Counted from the first letter of the stretch, positions 52,216-63,481 are shown. The stretch: DNA of 64,000 bases from an uncultured Acidobacteriota bacterium (GCA_902826515.1 CADEFD010000005.1:9690-73689); one strand, 5' to 3'. Made by a program: numbers and translations. The notes: generated by a model not told the origin, from the sequence alone.

Positions 52216-53742
52216 ATGAATCTGACTGACATGAGCAAGACCGCCCGGCGGCTTGCCCCTTTCGCGGCGCGCTGGGGCTTCGCCGCGGCCGCTCTGCTGG
52301 CGGCGCCCGATGCGGCGCGCGCCCAGTCCGCCATCATCTACGGTTCGCTCAGCAACTTCGACATCTCGAACGACACCGGCCAGGTCTGCCACGGCTTCGA
52401 GATCGAGCTCGACGGCGTGACGCCCGACCAGGTGCCCGGTTCGTTCAATGCGACCCGCTACGGCGATGCGCGCGTGACCGCCACCCCGACCGGCACCAGG
52501 GTCCGCTGGGAAAGCGCGCGCGACGTGAACACCGGCACCTGGCTCACCCGCACCCTCCAGCACACGGTGCCGTGGTTCTCCGGGCAGTGTTACTCGTGGG
52601 TGCCGGGCACCTACGAAAACGGCGGCTGCGAGCACTTCGGCACCTACACCACGGCGAATCCCACCAGGGTCACCTCGCGCTGGCTGTGCGAAGACGCGGC
52701 GGCGCCCGGCACGCTCACACCGATGAACCCGCCCACCGCGGTGCCTTACGCCAGCTACTACGTGAATCCGCCGGCCGCCGCCAACAACCCGCCGCAGCTC
52801 GTCGCCGAAATCGAGGCGCCCGAGCCGGCCGAGGCCCCGAGCCTGTACGGCGACGCGCAGTGGATCCGCTCCTACGTGATGCAGCTCCCGCGCGCGCTGT
52901 CGCTCGAGGAACTCATGGCCGACAACCCGAACGCCGTGCCGATGAACCTCAACCAGCTCGAAGCCGACTACCAGATCCTGCAGGACGAGCCGGCGTCTGG
53001 CGGCAACGGCAACCGCCGCCGCAAGCGCAACTCGGGCAACATCGAACCCACGACGCGCGCCATCGTGCGCCGCATCGAAACCTGGTCGTTCACCGGCAGC
53101 TACGACGCGGTCACGCACGAAGCTCTCTGCCTCGACCTGCTCTGCAACGCGCCGGACGCGACCGAAATCGGTGAGCTCCTGTCGGTGCAGATGACGGCAG
53201 CCAACGTGCAGCCCGACTCGGTGGTCGTCTCGCTCGTGGGCGGCGGCCGCGTGAGCTCGTCAGACCGGGTCATCGACTGCGGCGGCAAGTGCGCCGGCAG
53301 CTACGATGCCGGCACGCCGGTGACCCTCACGGCGAAAGCCGACAGCAAGGCCACCTTCACGGGCTGGAACGGCGCCTGCGCCGGCACCGGCACCTGCACC
53401 GTGGCCGCCAACGGCATCGTGAACGTCGGCGCGGTCTTCACGGCGCCGCCCTCGGGCGGCGGCGGTGGCGGCGGCTCGACCGGCGGCGGCACCACGGGCA
53501 AGACGCTTACCGTGAAGACGGCGGGCGGCAAGGGGCTCGTCACCAGCGCGCCGGCCGGCATCAGCTGCGGCAAGACCTGCGCGAAGAGCTTCGCGACGGG
53601 GACGGCGGTCACGTTGACGGCGGCGCCGGAGCCCGGCTTCGTCTTCGTCAACTGGACCGGCGCCTGCACGGGCGCCCAGGCCACCTGCACGATCACGATG
53701 AACACCAACGCCTCGACGCAGGCGAACTTCGTCAAGCCGTAG
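52216..53742 (+). CDS. Secreted protein: unknown ~300-aa N-terminal domain + two Cys-containing InlB-B-repeat-like domains
   Basis: GAGGAGAGA SD. Signal peptide MNLTDMSKTARRLAPFAARWGFAAAALLAAPDAARA. The C-terminal repeats lie at about 53221..53445 and 53503..53739 (IDCGGKCAGSYDAGTPVTLTAKADSKATFTGWNGACAGTGTCTV and ISCGKTCAKSFATGTAVTLTAAPEPGFVFVNWTGACTGAQATCTI). They are joined by a poly-Gly linker. Confidence 0.7.
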   Translation: MNLTDMSKTARRLAPFAARWGFAAAALLAAPDAARAQSAIIYGSLSNFDISNDTGQVCHGFEIELDGVTPDQVPGSFNATRYGDARVTATPTGTRVRWESARDVNTGTWLTRTLQHTVPWFSGQCYSWVPGTYENGGCEHFGTYTTANPTRVTSRWLCEDAAAPGTLTPMNPPTAVPYASYYVNPPAAANNPPQLVAEIEAPEPAEAPSLYGDAQWIRSYVMQLPRALSLEELMADNPNAVPMNLNQLEADYQILQDEPASGGNGNRRRKRNSGNIEPTTRAIVRRIETWSFTGSYDAVTHEALCLDLLCNAPDATEIGELLSVQMTAANVQPDSVVVSLVGGGRVSSSDRVIDCGGKCAGSYDAGTPVTLTAKADSKATFTGWNGACAGTGTCTVAANGIVNVGAVFTAPPSGGGGGGGSTGGGTTGKTLTVKTAGGKGLVTSAPAGISCGKTCAKSFATGTAVTLTAAPEPGFVFVNWTGACTGAQATCTITMNTNASTQANFVKP

Positions 53743-53780
53743 GGTCCGTTCGCCCTCTGGGGGGAGCGGTGAACGGAGGC

Positions 53781-53816
53781 GGGGCCGGTGCGCGAGTGCC
53801 GGCCCCGTCGTTCTGT
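53781..53816 (+). terminator. Candidate intrinsic terminator
   Basis: GGGGCCGG-N10-CCGGCCCC gives an 8-bp GC stem, followed by GTCGTTCTGT. It lies 39 nt after the stop of 52216..53742. Confidence 0.35.
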
Positions 53817-53844
53817 ACAGGCGCGGGCACGTGGCGAATCGACG

Positions 53845-53850
53845 TACAAT
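53845..53850 (+). promoter_or_regulatory. Candidate -10 hexamer TACAAT, 9 nt before ATG 53860
   Basis: CGTACAATTTTCTCCGCATG. No SD is present. Confidence 0.3.
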
Positions 53851-53859
53851 TTTCTCCGC

Positions 53860-54690
53860 ATGTCCACGCGTCCGCTCACGCTCGATTACGACGGCGAACA
53901 GGTCACCTTCACGATCGAGGGCGCCGTCACCCGCGGCGCCGACGCCGTGCTGCTCGACGCCGACGACAACCTCATCGCCGGCCGCCCGTGGGCCGAGGCC
54001 GGCTTCGTGGTGGCGCCGTTCCTCACGCCCGACGAGTACCGCCGCCTCGCCGAGAGCCTGCGCCTCACGCTGCGCGCGCGGATTGCCGCCGCGGGGATCC
54101 CGGTGCCCGCCGACTTCGCCGTCGACCGCTATCACGATGTGGTGACGACCGACGAGGCGCACGCGGCGGTGAGCGCGCGCGGCCCGTGGTGCCATTCGGT
54201 GGGCGACCTCGGTGTGCCGGTCGAGGCGATCAGCCAGCGCGTGAGCGAGATCCTGGGCGTGCGCGTCTCCACCACGCCGCCGCACGCGGAGTTTCCGGAG
54301 CATTTCTGCTACCGCGTCGTCAGGCCGCGCAGCCGCGACAACAATCCGCCGCACCGCGACGTGTGGCTCGACCGCCTGCGCCACGCGGTGAACATCTACG
54401 TGCCGTTTGCCGGCAGCACACCGCGGTCGTCGCTGCCGCTCGTGCGCGGCTCGCACCGCTGGAAGGAATCCGAGATTGAACGCACCGCCGACGGCGCGCG
54501 CGTGAACGGCATGACCTTCACGGTGCCGTCGGTCGTCGGCGCGGCCTATCCGCTCACGCTCGAGCGCCCCAATCCGGGGCTGAACGAGGTGCTCGTCTTC
54601 TCGCCGTATCTCATCCACGGCGGCGCGTTCAACCAACAGACCGACGCGACCCGCGTGTCGCTCGAAATGCGCTTCTGGCGCGGCCGCTGA
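53860..54690 (+). CDS. Phytanoyl-CoA-dioxygenase-like (PhyH family) Fe(II)/2-oxoglutarate oxygenase
   Basis: HxD motif (PPHRDVW). [10 protein letters not shown] resembles the PhyH segment L.viPGSH. Distal His in YLIHGG. Arg in RVSLEMRF. Confidence 0.55.
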   Translation: MSTRPLTLDYDGEQVTFTIEGAVTRGADAVLLDADDNLIAGRPWAEAGFVVAPFLTPDEYRRLAESLRLTLRARIAAAGIPVPADFAVDRYHDVVTTDEAHAAVSARGPWCHSVGDLGVPVEAISQRVSEILGVRVSTTPPHAEFPEHFCYRVVRPRSRDNNPPHRDVWLDRLRHAVNIYVPFAGSTPRSSLPLVRGSHRWKESEIERTADGARVNGMTFTVPSVVGAAYPLTLERPNPGLNEVLVFSPYLIHGGAFNQQTDATRVSLEMRFWRGR

Positions 54691-54703
54691 GGGCGGCTTC
54701 CCC

Positions 54704-56078
<1,375 letters not shown>

Positions 56079-56092
<14 letters not shown>

Positions 56093-57983
56093 GCGGCGCG
56101 CCGATGCGGATCGGCGGCTCGATGAGGTCCACGGCGAGCGGCGCCTCGGGCACGACGCGCGACATCGTGCGGTCGCCGTCGGCGCGGTCGCGCCAGCGGC
56201 GCGGCACGCGCTCGATCTTCACCGGCCAGATCGTGAGCCGGCCATCGCGGCCGATGTGCAGGCGGAGGAAGTGCTTGAAGTCCTCGATGCGCAGTCCGCT
56301 GAAGGCCTCTTCACTGTGCCGGCCGAACACGTTCACCGAGATCAGCAGATAGACGCCCATGATGACCGAGCCGGCCAGCCAGCCGCCGGCAAACGTGCCG
56401 GCGCCGGCGAGCGCGGCACGCAGCACGCCGCCCGCCTGCAGCCAGCGCGCGGCGAGGTCGAGCGTGCCCCAGCCCAGATAGAACATCGCCGTGAAGTGCG
56501 CCACCGAGTGCAGCAGGCCGCCCAGCACGCGGTAGAGACGGCTGTGCGTGTCGGTGAAGGCGAGGAACGCCATCACGATGCCGCCGCACCAGAGCGCGAG
56601 GCCGGGATGGGTGCTGAAGGCATCCACCGTCACGCGCAGCGCCTGCCAGGGATTGCCGGGCGCGGCGCCGGCGGCGGCCGCGCCGACGAGCCAGGCCGTC
56701 ATCAGGTAGACGGTCGCCGGCACGATCCCGAAGCGCGGGTTCTTCAGCGGGAAGAGCAGGTTGCCCCACGCGAGCCGCGACGACTGCGCGGTCGAGGGAT
56801 AGGTGGCGCGCACTTCGAAGGCGCGCGGCGCCACGTCTTCGGCGATCGGCTCCTCGCGCAGCACCGAGAAGTCGTCTTCGTGCGTGGGATGCAGGAAGGC
56901 GCCGCCGCCCCCGGCCGTGATCTTCTGCACGGGCTCGGCCGCGCCGGCCGACTCGGCGGTTTCTTCGTGGCGGCGGTAGTGATGCAGATCGCCCGTGAGA
57001 TACACCTTCACGTCGACGCCGCGCTTCGCGAAGACTTCCTCGCGCAGGAAGATGAGATCCGTCTCGTCGAAGACGCGGCCCATGTTGCGGTACTTCTGCG
57101 CGTAGACCCAGACCGGCAGCGACAGGCACAGGATCACCTTGTCGCCCGCCTGCATGTGACGCTCGGCGATCTCGCGGAAGTGCTCCATCTGCGGCACGTC
57201 GAGATCGCTCTGCAGCTGGCCGTCGCTGGCGACGAGCCACCAGCGGTGCGGCAGCTTCAGCACGAAGTAGCTGCGGCGCTGGCGTGTCCACCAGCCGGCC
57301 AGGCGGCGGCCGCCGATGTCCGAGCAGAAGAGCCGTGTGAAGGCCGACAGCCCGTCGTACCAGTCGTGGTTGCCCGGCACGGCGTAGACGTGCGGGCGCT
57401 CGGCCGGTTCGTCGTCGCCGAAGGCCGCCGTGAAGGGGGCCACCAGCCGCCGCTGATACTCTTCGCGGCTCGGCGCGGGATACACCTCGTCGCCGCCGAA
57501 GACGAGCACGTCGCCGCGCGGCAGGTCGTGGGCGTCGGTGCCATCCTGCACGCGCAGGGCGCGCTGCGCCGCGGCGTAGGCCACCGCGTAGGTCGAGTTC
57601 CAGCCGTCGCCGGTGTCGCAGATGAAATCGAGCCACAGCTCGTCTCGTGGATGCGCCTTGTCGGGCTGCGGTCCGCGCGCGCCGTCGCGGTAGTGGATGC
57701 TGTGGTCGTAGTATTCCTGCTTGCGCGAGGCCAGCGCCTGCACGATGCGCCGGTCGCTCTGCTCGCCGACAACCAGCGAGACCAGGCTCTTGATGCCGGT
57801 GGTGAGCAGTTGCTTCGGATCGAACCAGCCCACCATCGGCATGCGGGCGTGCGGCCCCGGCCGGCCGCGCAGCCACAACGGGAAGAACACGGGGCTCGCG
57901 GCGATGCGACGCGCGATCGGCACCGCCACATCGGGCACGGGCGGCGGCGTGCTCGCGCCGGGTGCGGTCTCAGGCGCCGCCAT
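56079..57983 (-). CDS. Calcineurin-like metallophosphoesterase fused to a C-terminal multi-TM domain
   Basis: Phosphoesterase motifs [17 protein letters not shown] and [11 protein letters not shown]. The C-terminal third has at least 4 TM helices. The start is uncertain (ATG 57983, or ATG 57842/57836). Confidence 0.7.
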
Positions 57984-58266
57984 CGAGCGCCTCGATGTCG
58001 CCGAGGTCCTTCGCGCGTCCGGTCGCCCGCTTGTTCCTGATGAAGGCGTCGCGGCCGATGACGCTGACGGCGACATCGCCGAACGTGGCAGAGACGCGAT
58101 CCGGCCACGCCTCGTCAAAGGTGAGGCCGCTCAGGGTGGTCAGCACATCGAGGTCGCCAGTCGCCCGCGGCCGTCCATGCACCGCCAGCGCGTAGGCCCC
58201 GACGATCAGGAACCGGACGTCATGCACGCACAACGCGCGCAACAGATCGACAAAGTCCTGATTCAT
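57970..58266 (-). CDS. Minimal nucleotidyltransferase-fold protein (TA-associated type)
   Basis: MNQDFVDLLRALCVHDVRFLIVGAYALAVHGRPRATGDLDV fits the G-x-(n)-D-x-D NTase signature. 98 aa. Confidence 0.55.
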   Translation of the reverse strand: MNQDFVDLLRALCVHDVRFLIVGAYALAVHGRPRATGDLDVLTTLSGLTFDEAWPDRVSATFGDVAVSVIGRDAFIRNKRATGRAKDLGDIEALDGGA

Positions 58267-58408
58267 CCGGATACTCGCCGCGAAGACGCCACTGCTCTTC
58301 GCTGAGACGCCACGCCTGGCGCACACGCACGTCGACCGGCAGGGCCCGCCAGTAGGCGGCGTCGGCGCGATCGTGCTCGGCAAGCGACGCAAACGTCGTC
58401 ACTGTCAT
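58220..58408 (-). CDS. Small (62 aa) hypothetical protein, putative partner of the NTase
   Basis: MTVTTFASLAEHDRADAAYWRALPVDVRVRQAWRLSEEQWRL.... It lies immediately upstream of the NTase gene and overlaps it. It is preceded by a palindromic operator-like site. Confidence 0.4.
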   Translation of the reverse strand: MTVTTFASLAEHDRADAAYWRALPVDVRVRQAWRLSEEQWRLRGEYPDESGLCRSVARVVRA

Positions 58409-58427
58409 GCGCCGGGTGCGGTCTGAC

Positions 58428-58464
58428 GTGGCAATCACGGCCCTATTATCCCGCGGATTGCCAC
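58428..58464. promoter_or_regulatory. Inverted repeat GTGGCAATC-N19-GATTGCCAC enclosing a -10-like GATAAT (minus strand)
   Basis: The 9-bp arms are perfect. The spacer contains attatc (58445..58450), which reads GATAAT on the minus strand. It lies 20..56 nt upstream of ATG 58408. Confidence 0.5.
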
Positions 58465-58494
58465 GGCGTGGTCCTCTGCCGCCGCACGTCTCGC

Positions 58495-60267
58495 TCATCG
58501 GCCGCGGGCCGCGGCCTGGAACGCCGGACCGCGGAAGACGGCGCGGCCCTTCACGAACGTGAGCTCGGCCTTCATGTCCTTGAGGGCCGCCGTCGGCACG
58601 GTGTAGGGGTTGCGGTCCCACACGGCGAAGTCGGCGTCCTTCCCCACTTCGATCGAGCCGATGCGGTCGTCGAGGAAGATCGTGTGCGCCGCCCAGATCG
58701 TGTACGACTTGAGCGCGGTGCGCACGTCCACCGATTCGTCCATGCCGAAGGGGGTCTTGCCGAAGGAGCCGTTCAGGGTCTCGCGCGCGACCGACGCCCA
58801 GATGCCGTAGCGCGCCGGGAACGGCGTGACGCTGAAGTCGGAGCCGCCGCCCCACCGCACGCCCTTCCGGACCCACGTGCGGAACGGCTTCATGCGGGCA
58901 TTACGGCGCGGCCCGAAGTTGCCAGCGTAGGTGTCGCCGATCCACCACATGAACGAGGCCGACGCCTCGGGAAACGCGGCATCGTAATCGCGCTGGAGGC
59001 GCGCCATCTCGTCGTTGGCGTGGTCGGTGGGTGTGTTGGCGTGAATCAGACCGTGACGCAGGCCCTTCGTGGGCGCCGCGGCGAGCGCCTGCGCGTAGGT
59101 GTCGATCACCCAGTCGATGGCCTTGTCGCCGATGGCGTGGGTGCTCACATGCACGCCGGCCTTGTGGAAGTTCGTGGCCATCGTACGGTACTGATCGGGT
59201 GGCGTGTTCGGATACCCGGCGTTCCCAGTATCGACGTCGTTCAGGTTCTTGTTCCAGTCTTCGTGCATCCAGGCCGTGCGGGCGCCGCCGCTGCCGTCCA
59301 TGTACATCTTCACGCCGCCCGAGAAGAGCATGCCGTCGCCGAGCGACGCCGGCGGACGCGGGTTGGCGTTCACGCGGGCCTGCACGGCCGCCGCCTCGGT
59401 CAGCGCGCGCGGTCCGGCCCAGAGCGCGAACATGCGCACGGTCAGGCGGCCCTCCTTCAGCAGCTCGTTGTAGAGCTCCCACTTGAGCGGGCTGATGCCG
59501 GGGTCCTTGGCGCCCGTCATCCCCTCGGCATTGAAGTCTTCGATCATCTTCACGAGGCCGGCCTTCTGCTGCTCGCGCGTCATCGGCGGCACGTGCCGGG
59601 TGACGAGGTTCATGGCCGACTCGAGCAGCACGCCGTTCGGGTCGCCGTCGGCCTCGTGCACGATGGTGCCGGCCGGCGGATCGGGCGTGCCTTTGCGCAG
59701 CTCGGCGATCTTCATCGCGTAGCTGTTGCCGACGCCGTAATGGCCGGTGGTGTTGGTGAGCCACACGGGGTTGTTCGGCGCGACCTTGTCGAGGTCGGCG
59801 GCGGTGATGTGGCGGCGTTCGGCAAGCTTGCCTTCGTCCCAGCCGCGGCCGCGGATCCACTCGCCGGGTTTCGTCTTCGCCACCGCCGCGGCCACGCGCG
59901 CCAGCACGTCATCCATCTTCGTGATGGACGGATCGCTCAAATCGACGTTGAAGAGCGCATCGACCTCCGTGAAGTGGACGTGAGTGTCGATGAGCCCCGG
60001 GGTGACGGCCCGGCCGCCGAGATCGACCACCTGGGTGGCGGCGCCGGCACGGGCGCGGATGTCGGCGTTCGTCCCCACGGCCACGATCCGTCCGCCGGTC
60101 ACGGCCACCGCCTCGGCCACGGTGTCGCGCGGATCGACGGTGAGAATGGCGCCGTTCACGAGCACCAGGTCGGCGGGCGCGGGCGTCTGCGCCTCGGGCG
60201 CGGCCGCCGGCCACAGTCCTGCCACGAGGGCTCCGATGACTCCCGCTCCTGCCAGCCGACGCTTCAT
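58495..60267 (-). CDS. Secreted amidohydrolase-3-family (large metal-dependent hydrolase) protein
   Basis: GGAGGAG SD. Signal peptide MKRRLAGAGVIGALVAGLWPAAAP. Family segments PGLIDTHVHF, GGVKMYMDGSGGARTA, VHVSTHAIGD and EVGKDADFAVWDRNP. Only the C-terminal 590 aa of the 1435-aa ORF is used. Confidence 0.85.
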   Translation of the reverse strand: MKRRLAGAGVIGALVAGLWPAAAPEAQTPAPADLVLVNGAILTVDPRDTVAEAVAVTGGRIVAVGTNADIRARAGAATQVVDLGGRAVTPGLIDTHVHFTEVDALFNVDLSDPSITKMDDVLARVAAAVAKTKPGEWIRGRGWDEGKLAERRHITAADLDKVAPNNPVWLTNTTGHYGVGNSYAMKIAELRKGTPDPPAGTIVHEADGDPNGVLLESAMNLVTRHVPPMTREQQKAGLVKMIEDFNAEGMTGAKDPGISPLKWELYNELLKEGRLTVRMFALWAGPRALTEAAAVQARVNANPRPPASLGDGMLFSGGVKMYMDGSGGARTAWMHEDWNKNLNDVDTGNAGYPNTPPDQYRTMATNFHKAGVHVSTHAIGDKAIDWVIDTYAQALAAAPTKGLRHGLIHANTPTDHANDEMARLQRDYDAAFPEASASFMWWIGDTYAGNFGPRRNARMKPFRTWVRKGVRWGGGSDFSVTPFPARYGIWASVARETLNGSFGKTPFGMDESVDVRTALKSYTIWAAHTIFLDDRIGSIEVGKDADFAVWDRNPYTVPTAALKDMKAELTFVKGRAVFRGPAFQAAARGR

Positions 60268-60348
60268 GGGCTCTCCTCCGAAGGGTGGCCGGCATCGTAC
60301 CCCAGGACGGCGTGAGACCAGATCGGTTGCGCGGGCGTCGAAGCGGAA

Positions 60349-60354
60349 TAGAAT
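60349..60354 (+). promoter_or_regulatory. Candidate -10 hexamer TAGAAT upstream of the BatA-like gene
   Basis: GGAATAGAATCCC, 42 nt before GTG 60397. Confidence 0.3.
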
Positions 60355-60396
60355 CCCCCGACAAGGGCCGGCACGGGCCAGCCCGGACACTGACCC

Positions 60397-62682
60397 GTGC
60401 TCGACACGATCTCCCAACTCCTCCTCGGTGTCCGCTGGGTCGTCTTCGGCCAGGGCGAACTGCGGCTCGTGCCGCCGGCCGGCGTCGCCGTGGCGGTGCT
60501 GCTCGCCGTGGCGGCCGTGGCCGCCACCGTCATCAGCTACCGGAACGCGCCCCGCCGCCTGACCACGCGCGACCGGATCGTGCTGACCGCGCTGCGCACC
60601 GCGCTCATCGCCCTGCTCTTTGTCTGCCTGCTGCGCCCGATGCTCGTGCTGCGGGCCGCCGTGCCGCACCAGAACGTGGTGGCGGTGCTGCTCGACGACT
60701 CGCGCAGCATGCGCATTGCCGACATGAACGGCCAGCCGCGCAGCGCCTGGCTGCAGGAGCAGTTCGGCGCCGCCGACCGCGGCCTGCGGCGCGGGCTTGG
60801 CGAACGGTTCACCGTGCGCACGCTGCGCTTCTCGAGCGGCGTCACCGCGGCGCCCGCCGGCGCCGACCTGACCTTCGATGGCAGCAACACCCGTCTGGCC
60901 ACCGCGCTCGACGAGGCCCGGCGGCAGCTGGCCGGCGTGCCGCTGGCCGGGCTGGTCGTCGTGAGCGACGGCGCCGACACGACCGGGGACGCGGTCGAGC
61001 CGGCGCTCCTGGCGCTCAAGGCGTCGGGCGTGCCGGTCTTCGCCATCGGCCTCGGCCGCGACACGGCGGAGAAGGACATCCAGGTGGGCCGCGTCACCGC
61101 GCCGCGCGCGGTGCTCACCGGCACGACCCTCCTGCTGGACGCGGTCGTGACGGCGCATGGCTACGCCGGGCAGTCGCTGACGATGGACGTGCTCGACGGC
61201 GCCACCCTCGCCGGCTCGCAGACCTTCACCGTGGCGCCCGACGGCCAGCCGTCCACGGTGCGCGTGCGCTTCACCGCGAGCGAACCGGGGCCGCGCGTCT
61301 TCACCTTCCGCGTGGCCACGCAGCCCGGCGAGCTGCTGCCCGAGAACAACGCCCGCGACGTGCTCATCGATGTGCGCGACCGCCGCGAGAAGATCCTCTA
61401 CTTCGAAGGCGAACCGCGCTTCGAGATGAAGTTCCTGCGCCGGGCGCTCACCGACGACAAACAGCTCCAGCTCGTGGTGCTCCAGCGCACGGCCGACAAC
61501 AAGTACCTGCGCCTCGAAGTGGACGATCCCGAAGAGCTCGTGGGCGGCTTCCCGAAAACGCGCGACGAACTCTTCAAATATCGCGGCCTCGTCCTCGGCA
61601 GCATCGAAGCCGCCGCGTTCACCGGCGACCAGCTCGCCATGCTCGCGGAGTTCGTGGACACCCGCGGCGGCGGTCTGCTCATGCTCGGCGGCCCGCGCGC
61701 CTTCAGCGAAGGCGGGTATGCCGGCACGGCCCTCGGCGACGCGCTGCCGGTCACGCTGCAGCGGATGACGCCGCCGGCCGAGCCGGTGGTCACGAAGCTC
61801 GCCGTGCGGCCGACGCGGGCGGGCAGCGGCCACGCGGTGTCGCAGATTGCCGCCACCGATCAGGCCTCGGCCACGCGCTGGCCGGAGCTGCCGGATCTCA
61901 CGACAGTGAACAGCGTCGACACCGTGAAGGCCGGCGCCACGACGCTGCTGAGCGCCGCCGACGGCTCGCGCCGCGAACTGCCGGTGCTCGCCTTCCAGCG
62001 CTACGGCCGCGGCAAGTCGGCCGCCTTCACGCCGCAGGACTCGTGGCTCTGGCAGATGCACGCGTCGATGAGCGTCGAAGACCAGACGCACGAGACGTTC
62101 ACGCGCCAGCTGCTGCGCTGGCTCGTGGACGGCGTGCCCGATCCCGTCGAGCTGACAACGGCGTCCGACCGGGTGGATCCGGGAGACCCCATCGCGATGA
62201 GCGTCGAGGTGGCCGACCCGTCGTTCGTCGCCGCCAACGATGCCGTGGTCACGGCCACGGTCACCGGGCCCGACGGCGCGTCCACGACGGTGCCCCTCAC
62301 CTGGAACGGCCAGCGCGATGGCCTCTACACCGGCACGGCGCCCACGGGCGGCGCGGGCTGGTATGAAGCGCGCGTCGAGGCCATGCGCGACGGCACGCTG
62401 CTCGGGCAGTCCACCGCGCACGTGAACGCCGGCCCGGGGGATGCCGAGTTCGCCGAAGCCACGCGGCAGATGGCGGCGCTGCGCCGCCTCGCCGACGACA
62501 CCGGCGGCCGCGCCTACACGCCCGACACCGCCGAGCAGCTCCTCGAAGACGTGAAGTACACCGGCCGCGGCATCACCGCCGTCGAGGAACGCGAGCTCTG
62601 GAACGCGCCGATCGTGCTCGTGCTGCTCCTCGGCCTGCTCTCCGCGGAATGGGGGTATCGGCGTGCCGTCGGTCTCTCGTAG
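60397..62682 (+). CDS. BatA-like protein: N-terminal double-TM domain + vWA domain + GATase1-like domain
   Basis: GTG start. Double-TM N-terminus (VAVLLAVAAVAATVISYR...LRTALIALLFVCLLRP). vWA MIDAS-like motif VVAVLLDDSRSM...VVVSDGADT. GGGLLMLGG motif. Confidence 0.7.
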   Translation: MLDTISQLLLGVRWVVFGQGELRLVPPAGVAVAVLLAVAAVAATVISYRNAPRRLTTRDRIVLTALRTALIALLFVCLLRPMLVLRAAVPHQNVVAVLLDDSRSMRIADMNGQPRSAWLQEQFGAADRGLRRGLGERFTVRTLRFSSGVTAAPAGADLTFDGSNTRLATALDEARRQLAGVPLAGLVVVSDGADTTGDAVEPALLALKASGVPVFAIGLGRDTAEKDIQVGRVTAPRAVLTGTTLLLDAVVTAHGYAGQSLTMDVLDGATLAGSQTFTVAPDGQPSTVRVRFTASEPGPRVFTFRVATQPGELLPENNARDVLIDVRDRREKILYFEGEPRFEMKFLRRALTDDKQLQLVVLQRTADNKYLRLEVDDPEELVGGFPKTRDELFKYRGLVLGSIEAAAFTGDQLAMLAEFVDTRGGGLLMLGGPRAFSEGGYAGTALGDALPVTLQRMTPPAEPVVTKLAVRPTRAGSGHAVSQIAATDQASATRWPELPDLTTVNSVDTVKAGATTLLSAADGSRRELPVLAFQRYGRGKSAAFTPQDSWLWQMHASMSVEDQTHETFTRQLLRWLVDGVPDPVELTTASDRVDPGDPIAMSVEVADPSFVAANDAVVTATVTGPDGASTTVPLTWNGQRDGLYTGTAPTGGAGWYEARVEAMRDGTLLGQSTAHVNAGPGDAEFAEATRQMAALRRLADDTGGRAYTPDTAEQLLEDVKYTGRGITAVEERELWNAPIVLVLLLGLLSAEWGYRRAVGLS

Positions 62683-63481
62683 CCCGATCGGCCGGCGCGC
62701 CCTCGGCGCGGCGGCGGCGCTCGCCCTCGCCGGCGTCGCCGTGGTGGCGGCGCAGTCGCCGTTCCGCGGCGAACAGGAACGCCGGCGCGGCGCCGCCATC
62801 AACTACGACGCCAGCACCGACGTGCCCTACGACGGCCGCTTCGCGTTCGTGCGGCTGCGCTACGACATGGGCCAGCGGCTCGGCAGCTTCCGCGGCTTCC
62901 GCCGCGAGCCGCCGTGGGCCCACGACTACCCGCGCGCCGACCTGCATCTGATGAAGATCCTGAGTGAGATCACGCTGCTGCGCCCGCACCTCGACACGAG
63001 CGCGGTGCTCACGCTCGACGATCCCGCGCTGCATGGCTACCCGGTCGCCTACATGTCGGAGCCGGGGTTCTGGACACTGAACGACGCCGAGGCCGAGGGC
63101 CTGCGCACGTACATCGCCAAGGGCGGCTTCCTCATCTTCGACGACTTCCGCCAGGAGCACTGGGTCAACTTCGAGACGCAGATGCGGCGCGTGCTGCCGG
63201 CGCAGCGCTTCGTGAAGCTCGATCCGTCACACCCGGTGTTCCACGCGTTCTTCGAGATCGATCCGGCGCGGTTCGTCTCGCCCTACGGCGGGCTCACGCC
63301 CATCTTCTACGGGCTCTTCGAAGACAACGACCCCGCGAAGCGGCTGCAGGCGGTGGCGAACTACAACAACGACCTGGGCGAGTACTGGGAGTTCTCCGAC
63401 ACCGGCTGGGTGCCGATCGACCTCTCGAACGAAGCCTACAAATTCGGCGTGAACTATATCGTGTACGGCATGACACATTAA
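62663..63481 (+). CDS. DUF4159-domain protein
   Basis: GTG start overlapping the upstream gene. RFAFVRLRY...PPWAHDYPRADLHLMKIL...YPVAYMSEPGFWTLNDAEAEGLRTYIAKGGFLIFDDF is typical of DUF4159. Confidence 0.75.
   Translation: MPSVSRSPIGRRALGAAAALALAGVAVVAAQSPFRGEQERRRGAAINYDASTDVPYDGRFAFVRLRYDMGQRLGSFRGFRREPPWAHDYPRADLHLMKILSEITLLRPHLDTSAVLTLDDPALHGYPVAYMSEPGFWTLNDAEAEGLRTYIAKGGFLIFDDFRQEHWVNFETQMRRVLPAQRFVKLDPSHPVFHAFFEIDPARFVSPYGGLTPIFYGLFEDNDPAKRLQAVANYNNDLGEYWEFSDTGWVPIDLSNEAYKFGVNYIVYGMTH

Noticed and set aside
53455-53496. A GGC-rich tandem-looking DNA repeat.
   Set aside because: It simply encodes the poly-Gly linker (SGGGGGGGSTGGGTTG) inside the CDS 52216..53742. It is not a non-coding repeat or a CRISPR-like array.
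60268-62802. The N-terminal 845 codons of the 1435-aa ORF 58495..62802 (-), and the alternative-frame ORF 60285..62366 (+).
   Set aside because: Only the C-terminal 590 aa, starting at ATG 60267 with a GGAGGAG SD and a signal peptide, is amidohydrolase-like. The extension lies antisense to the BatA-like gene and is low-complexity.
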